Source: Octopus sinensis
Taxonomy: Eukaryota
NCBI RefSeq assembly: GCF_006345805.1
Contig: NC_043016.1
Location: forward strand, 4,216,001 to 4,280,000
Direction of reading: 5' to 3'
Length of the DNA: 64,000 nt
Part shown: piece by piece, positions 40,328 through 53,320 of the stretch
Numbering within the stretch: position 1 is the stretch's first letter
Layout of the letters: each line of letters starts with the position of its first letter
Position numbers and translations under genes: made by a program
Notes under the pieces: model-generated
What the model was told of the DNA's origin: nothing
Database searches by the model: none
The model's input: only the letters and a program-made list of their open reading frames with translations

Positions 40328-40368
<41 letters not shown>

Positions 40369-40481
40369 TACATATTGTGTATACATGTGTATATATACAT
40401 GTGTATATATGCATGTATATTCATAAGTGTGTGTGTGTATGTGTATATATATATATATATCATGCGTATTTGCTTTATATG

Positions 40482-40522
<41 letters not shown>

Positions 40523-41118
40523 TATATATATAATATATATATATATACATACATATAAAGCAAATACGCATGCACGCATGCGTATACATTGTATTTGCTT
40601 TGTCTGTTTAGTTTGTCATTTAATGTTTCTCTTTTTTGTATTAATTTTAAGAAAGCCATATCAGTTCATTTTCAGAATTATTTACATTTAATATTTCTGC
40701 AAGAAAAGGATTTCTTGTCGGTTGAAATACCAATGAAATAAAACTAGTTTCCCAATTTATAAATCTCTCAAATTTGCTACCAACATTGCCGAGTTGTCAT
40801 GCATACCTTGAATATATCTTTTTAATTTCAAATATGTTTAATTCTGTGCAAACTTGTGTAGTATTTGTTGACTGAAAAATCAATAGCATATCAATTTGAA
40901 AATGCTTTGAAAGTTTTCTAAAAATGAATCCATATACCTATTCATACAAAGCTTCTTCACCATCATCATTTAATGCCTGCTTATCATGCTTCTTAAAGTA
41001 TATTACCAAAGTAACACTCACATGCACACTCATGTATATACCCTGTATTTTTATGTATGTATATAATCACTTCTTTATTTTTCTCATTTATAGTCTGGTT
41101 CTATTTCATTGTTTTCAG

Positions 41119-41166
41119 GTATAATCTCCTACACAGAATATCTGTTCCTTTTGTGTGTCCTAACCA
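41119..41166 (+). CDS. MICU3: Internal exon (48 nt, phase 1-1) of a MICU2/MICU3-family mitochondrial calcium uptake protein
   Basis: Acceptor ttgttttcAG| and donor |GTaagt. Translates to (G)IISYTEYLFLLCVLT(K), which matches the MICU3 motif GVISYTEYLFLLCILTK that I recall. It joins in frame to the exon at 58673. Confidence 0.9.
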
Positions 41167-42070
41167 GTAAGTATTGTAAATATTTTCATATTTTCTACTC
41201 TTCTTATCTTTCGTGAGGCTGAAGCTTGTGTTACAAAAGTCAGAATTGCAACTCACTGAGTGAACCAGGTGAACCTGTGTTGTCCTTACTTGGTGTACTG
41301 CTTGTCACGAAGACATTTTTCTGTTTAGTGAAATAGTTCCAAAGTCATTACAATTAGGTCCCTTCTCCCCAAATTGTATTAGTAAAATTTTATTTAGGGT
41401 CTGCTGCAAACACTCATGATCCTTTAATATGAAGTGGACCAAGCAATGTTCCAGGCATTCTGGTCTATCATCCAGCTTTAGAAGGACTACTAAACTTGTT
41501 GCTTCTTTGATTGTCCTGTGTAAATTTGGGTCTTCTTATTTTTCTTTGATATAACAAGAGAGAAAGGCTTACATGTAAAGTTAGCCATCTGATAAGTAAC
41601 CTTTGTTTTGAATTGCTGAGTCTCCTCTCTCTATATAAACAAGTTTGCGTGCGCACATCGTATTTGTTTGCTTTGCCATGTATTGTCTCTCCATGTGTGT
41701 GTGTGTTTTAATAAAGCCATATTAGTGCATTTTCAAAATCCCTTACATGAAGACAGTCTCCTGACTTCATGTAAGGGATTTTGAAAGTCACCAGAGTGTT
41801 TTTAAAACTTTACTTTTCCACTCATGTTGAACATTCATGAGTTTACAATTGTTTTTTTACTGATTCTGAATCAATATCTCTTGTTCATGGACTCTCAAAG
41901 AGTTCTTTTAATGGGGAAGTACACTCTCCAATCCATGTATTCCACAAGGCATTTTTCCCCCCTCAAACAGTTCTTTATCATATAGTTTATCTAGACTCAT
42001 CAGTATACATTATTTATATTATATATTATTTACATTTGACGGATATTTGTCCTCATCTTGTTTGTTGTTA

Positions 42071-42114
42071 ACACAATATTTCGGCTGATATACCCTCCAG
42101 CCTTCATCAGGTGT
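42071..42114 (-). ncRNA. Minimal PLE-type hammerhead ribozyme
   Basis: ACAC-CUGAUGA-A-GGCUG(10 nt)CAGCC-GAAAUAUU-GUGU: stem I, stem II and a palindromic stem III. Confidence 0.7.
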
Positions 42115-42257
42115 CTTGCAGAAATTTTGAACATGGGTTCTCATTCCTAAGGTACTTTTCAATATTGTTTTTATTATTATGCCCACGGGCATATGATGTA
42201 GTGGTTGAGAGCATGGACTACTAACCCCAAGATTCCGAGTTTGATTCGAGGCAGTGA

Positions 42258-42301
<44 letters not shown>

Positions 42302-42366
42302 TAATAATAATAATAATACCAAAAAATACCTTAGGAATGAGAACCCAGGTTCGAAATTTCTCCAAG

Positions 42367-42410
42367 ACACCTGAAGAAGGCTGGAGGGTATATCAGCTGA
42401 AATATTGTGT
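42367..42410 (+). ncRNA. Minimal PLE-type hammerhead ribozyme
   Basis: ACAC-CUGAAGA-A-GGCUG..CAGCU-GAAAUAUU-GUGU. Confidence 0.65.
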
Positions 42411-44986
42411 TAACAACAAACAAGATGAGGACAAATATCCGTCAAATGTAAATAATGTACATAATTCCTCATCTCTTAAATATAGAACTATATGGTCAGT
42501 ATTCTTCACCAAATATGTTTCCTTGTTCTGAAATACATGCACACATATATATGTCATTTGGTAAAGATGAAGGAGTTGTCTATGAGTCTATCACAAACAT
42601 TCTGAGTTTGGAGAGAGTAATGTTCTTCAATAGTTGCAAGTTGAGCTTTGAAAGACATGGTCATCGAGGAGGAAATAGTGTCAGAAGGAAAGACTGGCTG
42701 TTAATGCTGGAGGGAAATATGGGAAAGGAGATGAAGAGGGAGGAGTGATTCAAGCACAACTGATTATAGATGGCAGGAAACCACCCATCTTTCAAGAACA
42801 AAGATCAGTATAGCTGGTCCTCCAACGCTCTCAGCTCGCACACAAAGATCTAGCTCTATAATAGCACAGTTCTATCTCTATGCTAGTGATACATGGCATA
42901 GCACCATGAAAATAGAGTTAGATGTTTTTCGATCAGTGATACTGGAGAGGGATTCTTAGAACATACTGGCTAGACCACATAACCAATGAAAACATTCTGA
43001 AAGAGAGCCAACACAAGATCACTTAACAAATTCATCAAGGAATGAAGCTAGCAGTTCATATAGAACTCTAAGTTCTAAGAACAGTTCAAAAGAACTCTAT
43101 TGTAAAATAGCTTTCAAATGGACACAACAGAGAGGGGAAAAGAAAGAGAGGCAAACGAAAAAGTACAAAACATTCATAGATAACATGGAGGAGGCTAATA
43201 TTGGATACAGAGAAAATTGCAAGCAACAGAAATCAGTGGCATCGGCTTGCTGCCCAATGTGCTTAAGATTACAAAAAAACTTATAATGAGCGGAGATTTT
43301 GTGACATACCACTCATGTTTAGGGTTCATAGATATATATATATGTTTTTTTTAGTTTTGATGGATAGTGTTTATGTTTGTTTTGTAAAGAAAACCAATAG
43401 ACATTTTTTTTTGACATCTGTTATTGAAGCTTGTGCAAGTTTTGCATGAGCTGTACAGATGTGCAGGATATTTTGGTGCCGAAAATCATGAGGAATGAAG
43501 AGTGGACATAGTTGGAGGTGATGACAACTATGTGCTGATCATGTGTCGTGATTGGTGCTGCCCCCCCTCCCCTAGCCAAGAGACAAAAGATGGATGGAAA
43601 CCATTGGTAGATAGTTTAACTAGATTTGTGACAGATACAATTTAGTGCAGCAACACTATGACAAAATTCTTTGCAAGAGAGAGTCACTGGTGGATGCCAT
43701 GGGAAAGCAGATCTCCATCAGATCTAGCTTTATTAAAATCATAAAGGTGGTTATAAAAGGAGGCAGATTGAAAATGATATACTAAGTTGTTATTAACAGC
43801 TACTTAATGGCTGCCTCCATCAACTTAAAGTGATGGAACTGAGTGCAATAGAATGGTAGTTTGCATGATCAAAGGGGTTTCTGCTCTTGCAAGTGAAATT
43901 CATTGTAGTATGTTTCCAAAAACTGTGATATATCCCTGGTTAGAGAGGAGAGTCTGGTGAAGAAAAAGGCTATGCCTCTTTCAATTGCTCGTTTGTCTGA
44001 AAGCAATGGAAGTAATATTACCAGGGCCACTATCCTTGCTGGTATGAGGCAGTTGAGCCTAGAATAAAGCACCTGTGTTGCTACACAGTCTTAGCATAGT
44101 TCTAGTGGAGCTCAAACCAGTCAGGTTAGTTAAAGGATGGCTGGAGCTGAGGTGGCACATTGCATATACAGTTTTACAGTGGGAAATTATTTTTAAAGTT
44201 GTGGATGGTATGATATTTAAAAGTGAAGCTGTTTGGATTGTTGATCTGAGTGTCAGTTCAAGATGTATGAAAATGAAACTAATTGCTGTAGAAAGTTGAG
44301 GATTAAGAAAGATTTCATTATTTTCTATATCACCCACATGGAATAAAAGTAACAGTGATGAAGAGTTGTGTGTATAGAAGCAACTGATGGCTTACATAAG
44401 GTATGTATCCTTAATGCAGGAAGTAATAAGGTCATAGATGTTGTTGATGATTCAAGGATTTCTGAGAGTAATACAGGAATGGTAGAGGGAGAATTTTAAC
44501 CGAAATAAATAGTTCTTGATGCTGATATTCAATGGGAGAAATGAGTGTCATGGCAAGTGGATCTGTTGGTATACAGACATTATGTTTGAGGATAGAATGT
44601 AACCATGACAGTTGAGATGGACTGCTGATTGGAGTTGATAGATTTGTGTCTTGGCATGGAGTATGATTTGCATGTTACTAAGAGGGATGGGCTTTAGGCT
44701 TGATAATCGATAGCTCTAAAAGAAACATTAATGTGTACAGAACACCTCATAACCAATGCCCTAGAAATAAAGCACCACCCCAAAAGCAGCTGCAGAATAT
44801 GCTCACCCAACAGCAATTTCTTACTGAAGTGACACAAGCATAAAACCACTGTAAAATCAGCAGATGGTATTGAGAAAACATTCATAGTTTTAGCTGAAAA
44901 TATTTTTCAGTTCTAGTCTATAAAACACATAAATTCCTTCTTTGAAATTTAATGACAAAAATGAACATTACATTGCTGTCTGTGTA

Positions 44987-45049
<63 letters not shown>

Positions 45050-45238
45050 GATGTTAAGTGCTGCTGATGAGGCTATATAGGCTAGAGACTTACCTCCCTT
45101 TGTCAGTCATTAAGTATAGCGCTTTAGTGACTTTGGAGTTAATTTAACTCTTATCTTAGCATAAGCGGTGCTAGTCAGCACCCTTCGTCACTTTTGTGAC
45201 TTCTATTATTTATATATCTATACACACATACACACACT

Positions 45239-45706
45239 TATATTACTCAAAGGAATTCCAACTCTGTCTGTTTTTTATGGGTTTTTTTTTATATTCTTAT
45301 GATATTAATGTAGAATATATAGTAAGAAGCAAATGAAATGACGTATTGATTGTCTTATTGAACAAATGAAATATTGAAAATTAAATATTAAATATCTATT
45401 CTCATTGAACTAGTATACTCTCTTGCCTTTAAGCATTCATCGGTTCAGATTGTGACAGGTATGTGAAAGACTGTCTTTCACATACCTGTCACAATCTGAA
45501 CCTGATGAATGCTTAAAGGCAAGAGAGTATACTAGTTCAATGAGAATAGATATTTAATATTTAATTTTCAATATTTCATTTGTTCAATAAGACAATCAAT
45601 ACTTCATTTCATTTGCTTCTTACTATATATTCTACATTAATATCATAAGAATATAAAAAAAAAAACATAAAAAACAGACAGAGTTGGAATTCCTTTGAGT
45701 AATATA
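45239..45706. repeat. Near-perfect ~468-bp palindrome (1-nt loop at 45472) built from a PLE-like terminal repeat
   Basis: Centre gaaagac-t-gtctttc. Arms match by eye except for a few differences. The right arm contains a decayed hammerhead at 45497-45539. Confidence 0.92.
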
Positions 45707-45737
45707 TTTTTTTATACACAATCATACAAACCTCTTT

Positions 45738-45778
<41 letters not shown>

Positions 45779-46268
45779 AAGAAATTGAACACTTAAGCAT
45801 ACAGCCATAAAACATTATTGTCAAAAAAGTTATACCATATGCAAATGGCAATATGATGTGCAAAGCAATAGTATATTAATAACAGAGAGGAAATTGACAA
45901 TATATTAATGCTATAGAATAAAGACACGCGTATTAATAAGAGAAGAGAACATTTAAATAGATGAGCTGAAACATTTACAATTTGTGTACACAAAAATAGG
46001 ATTCTGTTATATTCCTTCACGATACGTTGAAGATGAATTATCTCCCTTACATACCTCCCATGTTGCAATAAGATAAGCAAAAAAAAGCTACCACATGGAG
46101 AGACACTAAGAAGAGATTTGACCTATTCTGTTTGGCTAAAATCCCTGAAAGGATGAAAGCAGTAAATAAATAGTTTTAATCCAAATCCTGGGTATCTTTT
46201 TTTTTTTTTTAATTTATAAAATCTGTATACTACTGCAAAGAATACATACATACATATATTAATATATA

Positions 46269-46321
<53 letters not shown>

Positions 46322-46819
46322 TGCAAGGAATTGTGTGTGACATTATTAACTATGCTAATCTTTCATCTTTGCTCCTGTAATACTCAATTCAATGAAGAAT
46401 GATTTCTGTTGATGCCGTAATATTAGCATTGTTATAATCCTCTTATCTTCAGTTGTTTCTGTTAGACTGAAGTAATGATATGTACAGTCTTAATGGTAAT
46501 GGTTAATGTCCCAATATGTGCCAATGAGTAATGGATGTTGGATACCACCTATCACCTTCAATGCCACAAGGAACATTTTCCTACATATTTTTGCAATATT
46601 CAGGTATATTGTTCTCTAGTTCTTTTTTTTTTTCTTGACATCATTGTTACTCAGTAGGAAAGCTGTTATTCACATCAGCTATATATTCAATTTGTAAAAG
46701 AAAAAAAAATGGAATATTATTAATATGACATTTCTATTTATACAAAGCTAAGCGTGTAACTCCTCAGAATCGTTAGTACTTCAAAATGTTGCTGTTAATT
46801 ATAGAGTGTTACAAAAAAA

Positions 46820-47790
46820 ACCTCTCGTCAAATATAAATGAAAGCAGACATGCCATTCTATGTACCTAGTGCAAGCCAAGGACACACAAAAGATGCAGTG
46901 GAATAGATGGAAGATTAACAGAGAAGTAGTATTTGTGTGTAGAAGATGTACAGGAGCCATAAAAACCACAGATACAAGAGAAATCAATTTCCTTAAATGT
47001 CCTGGTGGGTCTCTGGATGTTGTAGATAATTTTTGCTATCTAGGTGGCCTAATTAGCAGTGAAGGAAGTTGTACAGAAGTGTAATTTCTAAATTAAGTTC
47101 AGGATGGAGAAAGCTGAGAGAGCTTTTATGTCTGTTGGCAACCAAGAGTTTCTCACCTTGAGTGAAGGAAAGATTGTATGATGCTCATGTAAGAACTATG
47201 AGTGAGATGTAGGCTCTGAATGCAGAGGACATGTTAAGACTGGAGAGGTATGTTTTGCTGGATGTGGAATGTCAGTGTCCATGTGTAACAGAGTATTGGT
47301 GCATTGAGAGAGAAGTTTGGCATAAGGGGAATTAGATGCAGTGTGCAAGAGAGGAGACTGCATTGATTTGGTCATGTGATGCAGATGGATGAGGACAGCT
47401 GCATAAAGAAGTGTCAATCACTTAAAGTGGAAGGAAGTTGTGGAAGATGGAGATGCAAGGAGACATGGGACAAAGTTTTGAAGGTTGATCTCAAAATGCT
47501 GAACCTTATGAAAGAGATTACAAAGGACCAAAGTATTTGGCAGATTACTGTACTTGAGAAGGTTTGCCCACCACAGCAGAACTGAGATCCTAAAACCAAA
47601 GTGTCACTTAAAAAGTACTAGTGCTGGTGCCACTTAAAAAGCAGTGGTTGGCATTAGGAAGGACATCCAGCCATAGAAACCAAACCAAAACAGATGAATG
47701 GCACCTGGTGCAGACCCTGAAATTACCAGTTCCTTTCAAGCCATCCAACCCATGCCAGCATGGAAAATAGATGTTAAATGAGGCTGATGA
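46820..47790 (+). mobile_element. Decayed RTE LINE 3' fragment
   Basis: FVCRRCTGAI, DNFCYLG and GHV..MDEDSCIKKC motifs plus the family 3' tail. Confidence 0.8.
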
Positions 47791-48090
47791 TCATCATCAT
47801 CACCATTTAACATCCTTGTTCTATGCTGGCATGGATTGGACGGTTTGACTGAGTTCTAGAGTGCCAGCGGCTCTCCAATCTGATCTGGCAAGGTTTCTAC
47901 AGCTGGATGCCCTTCCTAATGCCAACCACTCCAAGAGTGTAGTGGGTGCTTTTTACGTGCCACCAGTACGGGAGCCAGTAAGGCGGGCCTGGCATCGATC
48001 ACTTTCGGATAGTGCTTTTTATGTGCCATCGGCATGGGAGCCAGTCAGGGGTTACTGGCATCAGCCATGTTTTTGGATGGTGCTTTTTTA
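47791..48090 (-). mobile_element. RTE-family 3' tail, tail-to-tail with the previous element
   Basis: (cat)n..tttaacatcc..catgg.ttggacgg...ggtgctttttacgtgcc. Confidence 0.75.
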
Positions 48091-48502
48091 TTCTCTAAAA
48101 TAATTCTTTCTTGTTTGTTCTGCTCCTAAAATGACTCTTTTGTGTCTGTGGTTCCTTTTGTAAACTGCAAACATTTATATTAATTCATCAAATAACTTCC
48201 AAATTGTAATCTCTCCCTCTAAAATAATCCCTTCCCTTGTTTCTTGACTACATATATGTACGTATTTCATAGGGTTCACTAAAATAATTTCTTTCTTGTC
48301 TTATTCTCTCTTATTACTTTTTGCAATGGCTACTCCCTGCTATATCTCTTACTAGGAGGATGATATATATAAAAGAAATAATTGAGATCAGTTGGATTAG
48401 GTACTTAAGTTGAAGCACCAAGTCAGTCATGTATTATCCACACAGCTTTATCCACACAAATTGACCAACATCAGTTGGTTATTTTTTAATACAAAACATG
48501 AC

Positions 48503-48540
<38 letters not shown>

Positions 48541-50784
48541 ATGTATATGTACTTGTATACACACACAGATGTGTGTGTGTGTATATATAGATATATACAT
48601 ATAGTGTGTGTGTATGTGTGCATTTTGTGTTTATATTTTATAACACAGTGGTTTGACTAATAGATGTTGGTAGAATAATTAAGACTGAATTAACTATTGA
48701 GGATAGGATATGATTGACTAAACTATTCCAAGAATCCCAACATGACTGCACTCCTATAACTAAAAGCAGTAAAAGAATGTGTGTATGTCTGTGTTTGTGC
48801 TAAAAGGACTAATGGTTATTGTAGCATTGCACCCTATCATAAACCAAAGTTAAGTTGGTCCCCAGCTTATATGATAAGAAATAAAATAAGGTTTTACTTA
48901 AGTGTGTGATTATAAAAAAAGACATTCAGGTCTAGAAACATTTGTCCCCAAATAAAACCTATTCAACCATAATAGCAGTGAAATATAGTTCTGTAATACT
49001 AAGTATATATATATATATATAAAAGACTAAAATGCAATAGCTATTTCTATGGTTTTAGTGTTCCTTTTCTTTATGAATATTCTTGTTAGTACAAAATTAG
49101 TTCTCTCTGTTTTGTTTATTACTTGTTTTCATTTGAGCTTTCTCTTTTTGTTTCTTTTACCTTGTCATTTATAATTAAAACATTCTAACAAAACAAGTAG
49201 TAAACTAAGAAAGTGGATAATTTTGTATTCATATTGACATTATTAATTATACTTGTACACACAAATATTGTGTGTGTGCGTAATGATATACTGGGATGCT
49301 ACAAGATCATGTCTTTGACATTGTATAAAGTGACGTTGAGATTATGATGAGATTAAACACTTGTGTCAATATCCCCAATCTACAGTATGCTGAGTTTTCA
49401 TCTAGCTCAGACACTAACAGGATGTCTTCAACATATGGCAAGACATGTACAAACCAAATCAGACTGCTGGCCTAACTTATACACTGTCATTTGCCAATGT
49501 TGACATAGTTCATGAACATGTCTGTCGAATTCAATATCTTCCTGGGAACCTACAGTATTATTGATGTTAAGATTTTCCATGGGAAATACACCCAATATAA
49601 TCTGGCACTCATTATTCAAAAACAAAATAAAAGCAGACACAATAAAAAGCAATATTATAACAACAATAACTGTAAGTCTAAGAGTAAGAATTTCTTTTTT
49701 TCTTTGGTTTTGTTTTTGCCTATTTTTATAGTAGCTACTCTTTATTATTTTTTAATAGTGTTTAGTTTTCAATAATTTATTACTTGAAGATTTTAGTTGT
49801 ACCTTGAAAGAGTATCATCTTGCAGAAATTTTCTTGATTTTTAGCAAGAAATATTTAACTAAATTCTAAGATGATGGTTTAACACCAACATTTTTAAATC
49901 ATCATTCATGAAGTTTCATTGTTAAAATACATTATAAATGTTCAGTTTATCCAATTTTAAACAGTTATTATAATGTGATTTACATTTCTTTTTTAATTCT
50001 ATTTTTTTTTTTTTTTAATCCTTGAAATCAATTTCACATTCATTTCTGAATTTATTAAAAGTTATTTTATCTTTAATCTTTTAAAACGTGTCTTGAAATA
50101 CCTCCATATGCAATATTGCTCTTAGCCCAGTTTCTCTTACTTAATTCCTTGTTTTCTTTAAGTGATATTACTTTGTGAAAATGTTAATCTTTAAAATTGA
50201 AAAGTTTTGGTGGACTATAAAGAATTCATCATCCTTCTTTTTTTTCCTTTTTTCTTATAGAAGAATAACAGCTACAACATGACTAGATAAAAGTTTCAAG
50301 ACTGTGTTCTTAACACTATTAAAATTATTTCTACAAAAACATAAGTGAGCACAAATATGCAGTGTGTGTGTGTCTGTGTGTGTGTGTTTTTATAAAAATT
50401 TGCTTTGTAACCATTTTTAGATGCTGTTTTAGATTTCCTTGTTATGAAGTAGATTTTATCAGTGATTTTTTTTTTTTTGTCTTTCTTCTAATTGCATTTA
50501 ATTTTTTCAGAATTTTAATCTTGTGTGGAAGATGAATATCAAATGTAAACTACTTAGTAGTAGTGTTGAACCAAAATTCATTTAAGGAAAATTTACTTCA
50601 GCCATAAACAAGTGTACCATAGCCTCACATTCTGCACTTTCATGCTCAGTCTTCAAATATAAGTTTTATTTCAGATAAGGAACTTAGCTGTGGATGAAAA
50701 GTATCCACCTACATAATATTTGCTTACATTTTCATAGTTTCAGTAATTGGACCATATTTAGGCGATAATAATTGGACTATATTA

Positions 50785-51000
50785 AGGCGATGAGCTGGCG
50801 GAATCAGTAGCATACCAGACAAAATGCTTAGCAGCATTTTGTCCATCTCTATATTCTTAGTTCAAATTCCACTGTGGTCAACTTTGCCTTTCTTCCTTTT
50901 GGGGGTCGATAAAGTAAGTACCTATTGAGCACAGAGGTCAGCGTAATCAACTTATCTCTTCCCCTTAAATTGCTGGCCTTGTGCCAAAATTTTAAACCAA
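50785..51000 (+). mobile_element. Second SINE family (tRNA-like head)
   Basis: ggcgatgagctggcggaatc...gttcaaattcc..tttgcctttc.tcctttt.ggggtcgataaa. Related copies near 58375-58545 and 60130-60300. Confidence 0.6.
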
Positions 51001-53320
51001 TAATTGGACTACAACCATGCTGAAGGGTTTGTGTTTTTTTTTTTTTGTAATCATTCTTCAGTACTATTTACTTATTGATTTCTGCTTATTGAACAGATAA
51101 CTTTTACCACTTTTGTGCAATGGTGTGCAAAACAAAAAAAAAATTTCGTGAATTCTGTTTTTTTTTTGGGGGGGGGGGTTAGCAGTGCAGTCTGCCCCTG
51201 GTGGTGAGCACTGTCTTATGTGGTTTGCTTCTTGAGGAAGGTTGTCCATGCACATTGTCTAATGTGAAGGCATCAGTTTTGAGAGAACAATCAAAAGTGC
51301 ATTTATTATTTTGCACCTTTGGTTATCTACAAACATCTACTGGGGTACAGAATCTGAGAAATGAATTTCCCGTTTTGACTTTGAAATAACCAAATCAAGT
51401 AGAATATTAGAAAAATATCTGGAAGAGAAATTATTTTATGGATTATTTATATTTACTCACTAATGTTTGGGGGTCTGAAACTTTAATTTTTTTCTTGATT
51501 TATGCATAAACATACAAATCATTTGACATGGGATCAATGCATTTAAGAAAGTAATTAAACTTTTGTTAGTTGAAGTTTTATGGGTGAAATTATTCTAAGC
51601 ACAGGAGTGGGGAGATAGATATAGGGGACTTTTACATTTTGATATTGGACAGTGCAGCTACTGTGTTTGTGTGTGTGTGTAATGAGTTCAACCAGTATTG
51701 AAGAAGGTGATAGATATAACTTATTCTCAGTACAGTCACCCCATCAGTTGAATGTTCTTTTGTTATTTTGAACTTGCTTTAAAGTAATAACATTATTTTA
51801 ACACATGCATATTTTGTGTGTGCATAAATATGGCAATAAGTGATAGATTTTATATATTACTTTCCAGAACAAGGTCTTGTTCACCTTATTGCCTTCTTTT
51901 TTTCTTTTTCTTATTAGTTATTTCCAATTTTAAAAAACTTGTAGTTTTGTTAGCAACATTGAGCCTACAGACTATCACACTCATTAGGTGTGATAGTCTT
52001 TAAAGAACAAAAGGGGATCATTAGGTTAAATATCTGAGTTGAATAATTGCATGTTTTTCCTGTCAATACGTTATTGTCCTAATTTTCCTTTTTTAATCAA
52101 GACATTTTCTTCTAAGACCTAAACTGTAGAGATAAAATTAAAAGCTATAACAAATAAAAAAAAGAAAGAAAGAAAAAAATGAAATTTAAAGGACTTCAAT
52201 AGTCCCCGTCCTTTATAAATTGTTCAAAATGTAAATTTCATAGTTCTGCTTTTGAAGAAGCTTAAACATTATTTCAAATAAAATGCTTACATTGGTACAC
52301 CAGAGGTTGGCCATAAGTAATTTCAGAAATAGACACATTTTAAATAATTTCAATTGAAAATGTAAACTTTTTTGAACCCCCACAACATTGTAGATTAACT
52401 ACTGACCCCCCCCCCCCTGAATTTTATTGATCTGTAAAGAGTATTTGGGAGTCCGTGTGCTTATTATATATTCTCCTTTTTTCAAATTAATGGTGCTCTT
52501 TGTCTGGTTGAATCATATGAATAATAGTTTTTACTTAAATGGAGGATTAGCATATCTAAATGTTTGCAGTTTTTAATAGAGTTGTCCTAATTCTTGGATT
52601 CAGGGGCTTGGGATAAAAGATCCATTGTGTCATATTTGTGAATTGAATTTGGAGATGGTATTGCAAGAGCACTTCACTCATCAGCACCTTTCAACTAACG
52701 TGTCTTGTCTGTTAGTCAAGCTTCTTTTCTGTCATACAATAAATTATTTTGCCTTTCCAGTTAAAGTTAATTATGCATTGTGGTGAATCCATTTTTAAAT
52801 CTCCGGAAAGCAATGATCTAACATTCATTAAAGCCTATTAAAATCTTTATTATAGGCATGTAGCCTGGACAAAGAGTGGACATAACAAGGACAGACACAA
52901 CACCACAGTGGGGACAATAACATAAAACAAATGAGGATGAATATTATATAAAAATGAAAAATGAAATGGTTGCATGGGCCCTACTCCTCATAGAGTACCA
53001 TTTGAACATTTGTACTCACTATATTACAATTATGCTATTATTGTCTGTTGTTTTTTTCTTAAGTATCATTTTTTTAACCTTTTTTTCCTTCGAAGCACTT
53101 TTCTCTTCTTTTTATTTTTTCTTTTATCAAAGTAATTTTACTTACACATCTTTTTTTTTTTAAATGCCTCATCTAAGGCTCCAAGTCTCTGAGTAATACT
53201 TCATCTCCTTGTTTTATCATGTTGTTTCCATTAGATGGACTGCGTAGTTCCCTTCAACAAATGTTCTGTTCAATTTGTCCATTTCTTGACAGGTGTTATA
53301 GAAGTTTCAAATCACGATGA

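Larger units (their letters stand above)
42003..42490 (+). mobile_element. ORF-less Penelope-family terminal unit: tRNA-like head, (AAT)n and hammerhead tail, with an inverted 5' duplication
   Basis: Arm 42020-42160 is the reverse complement of 42320-42458. Homologous to the region 3' of the GIY-YIG ORF at 62450-62700. Confidence 0.8.

Noticed and set aside
43380-44900. Probable ancient LINE remnant
   Set aside because: Too degraded to assign motifs or boundaries confidently.
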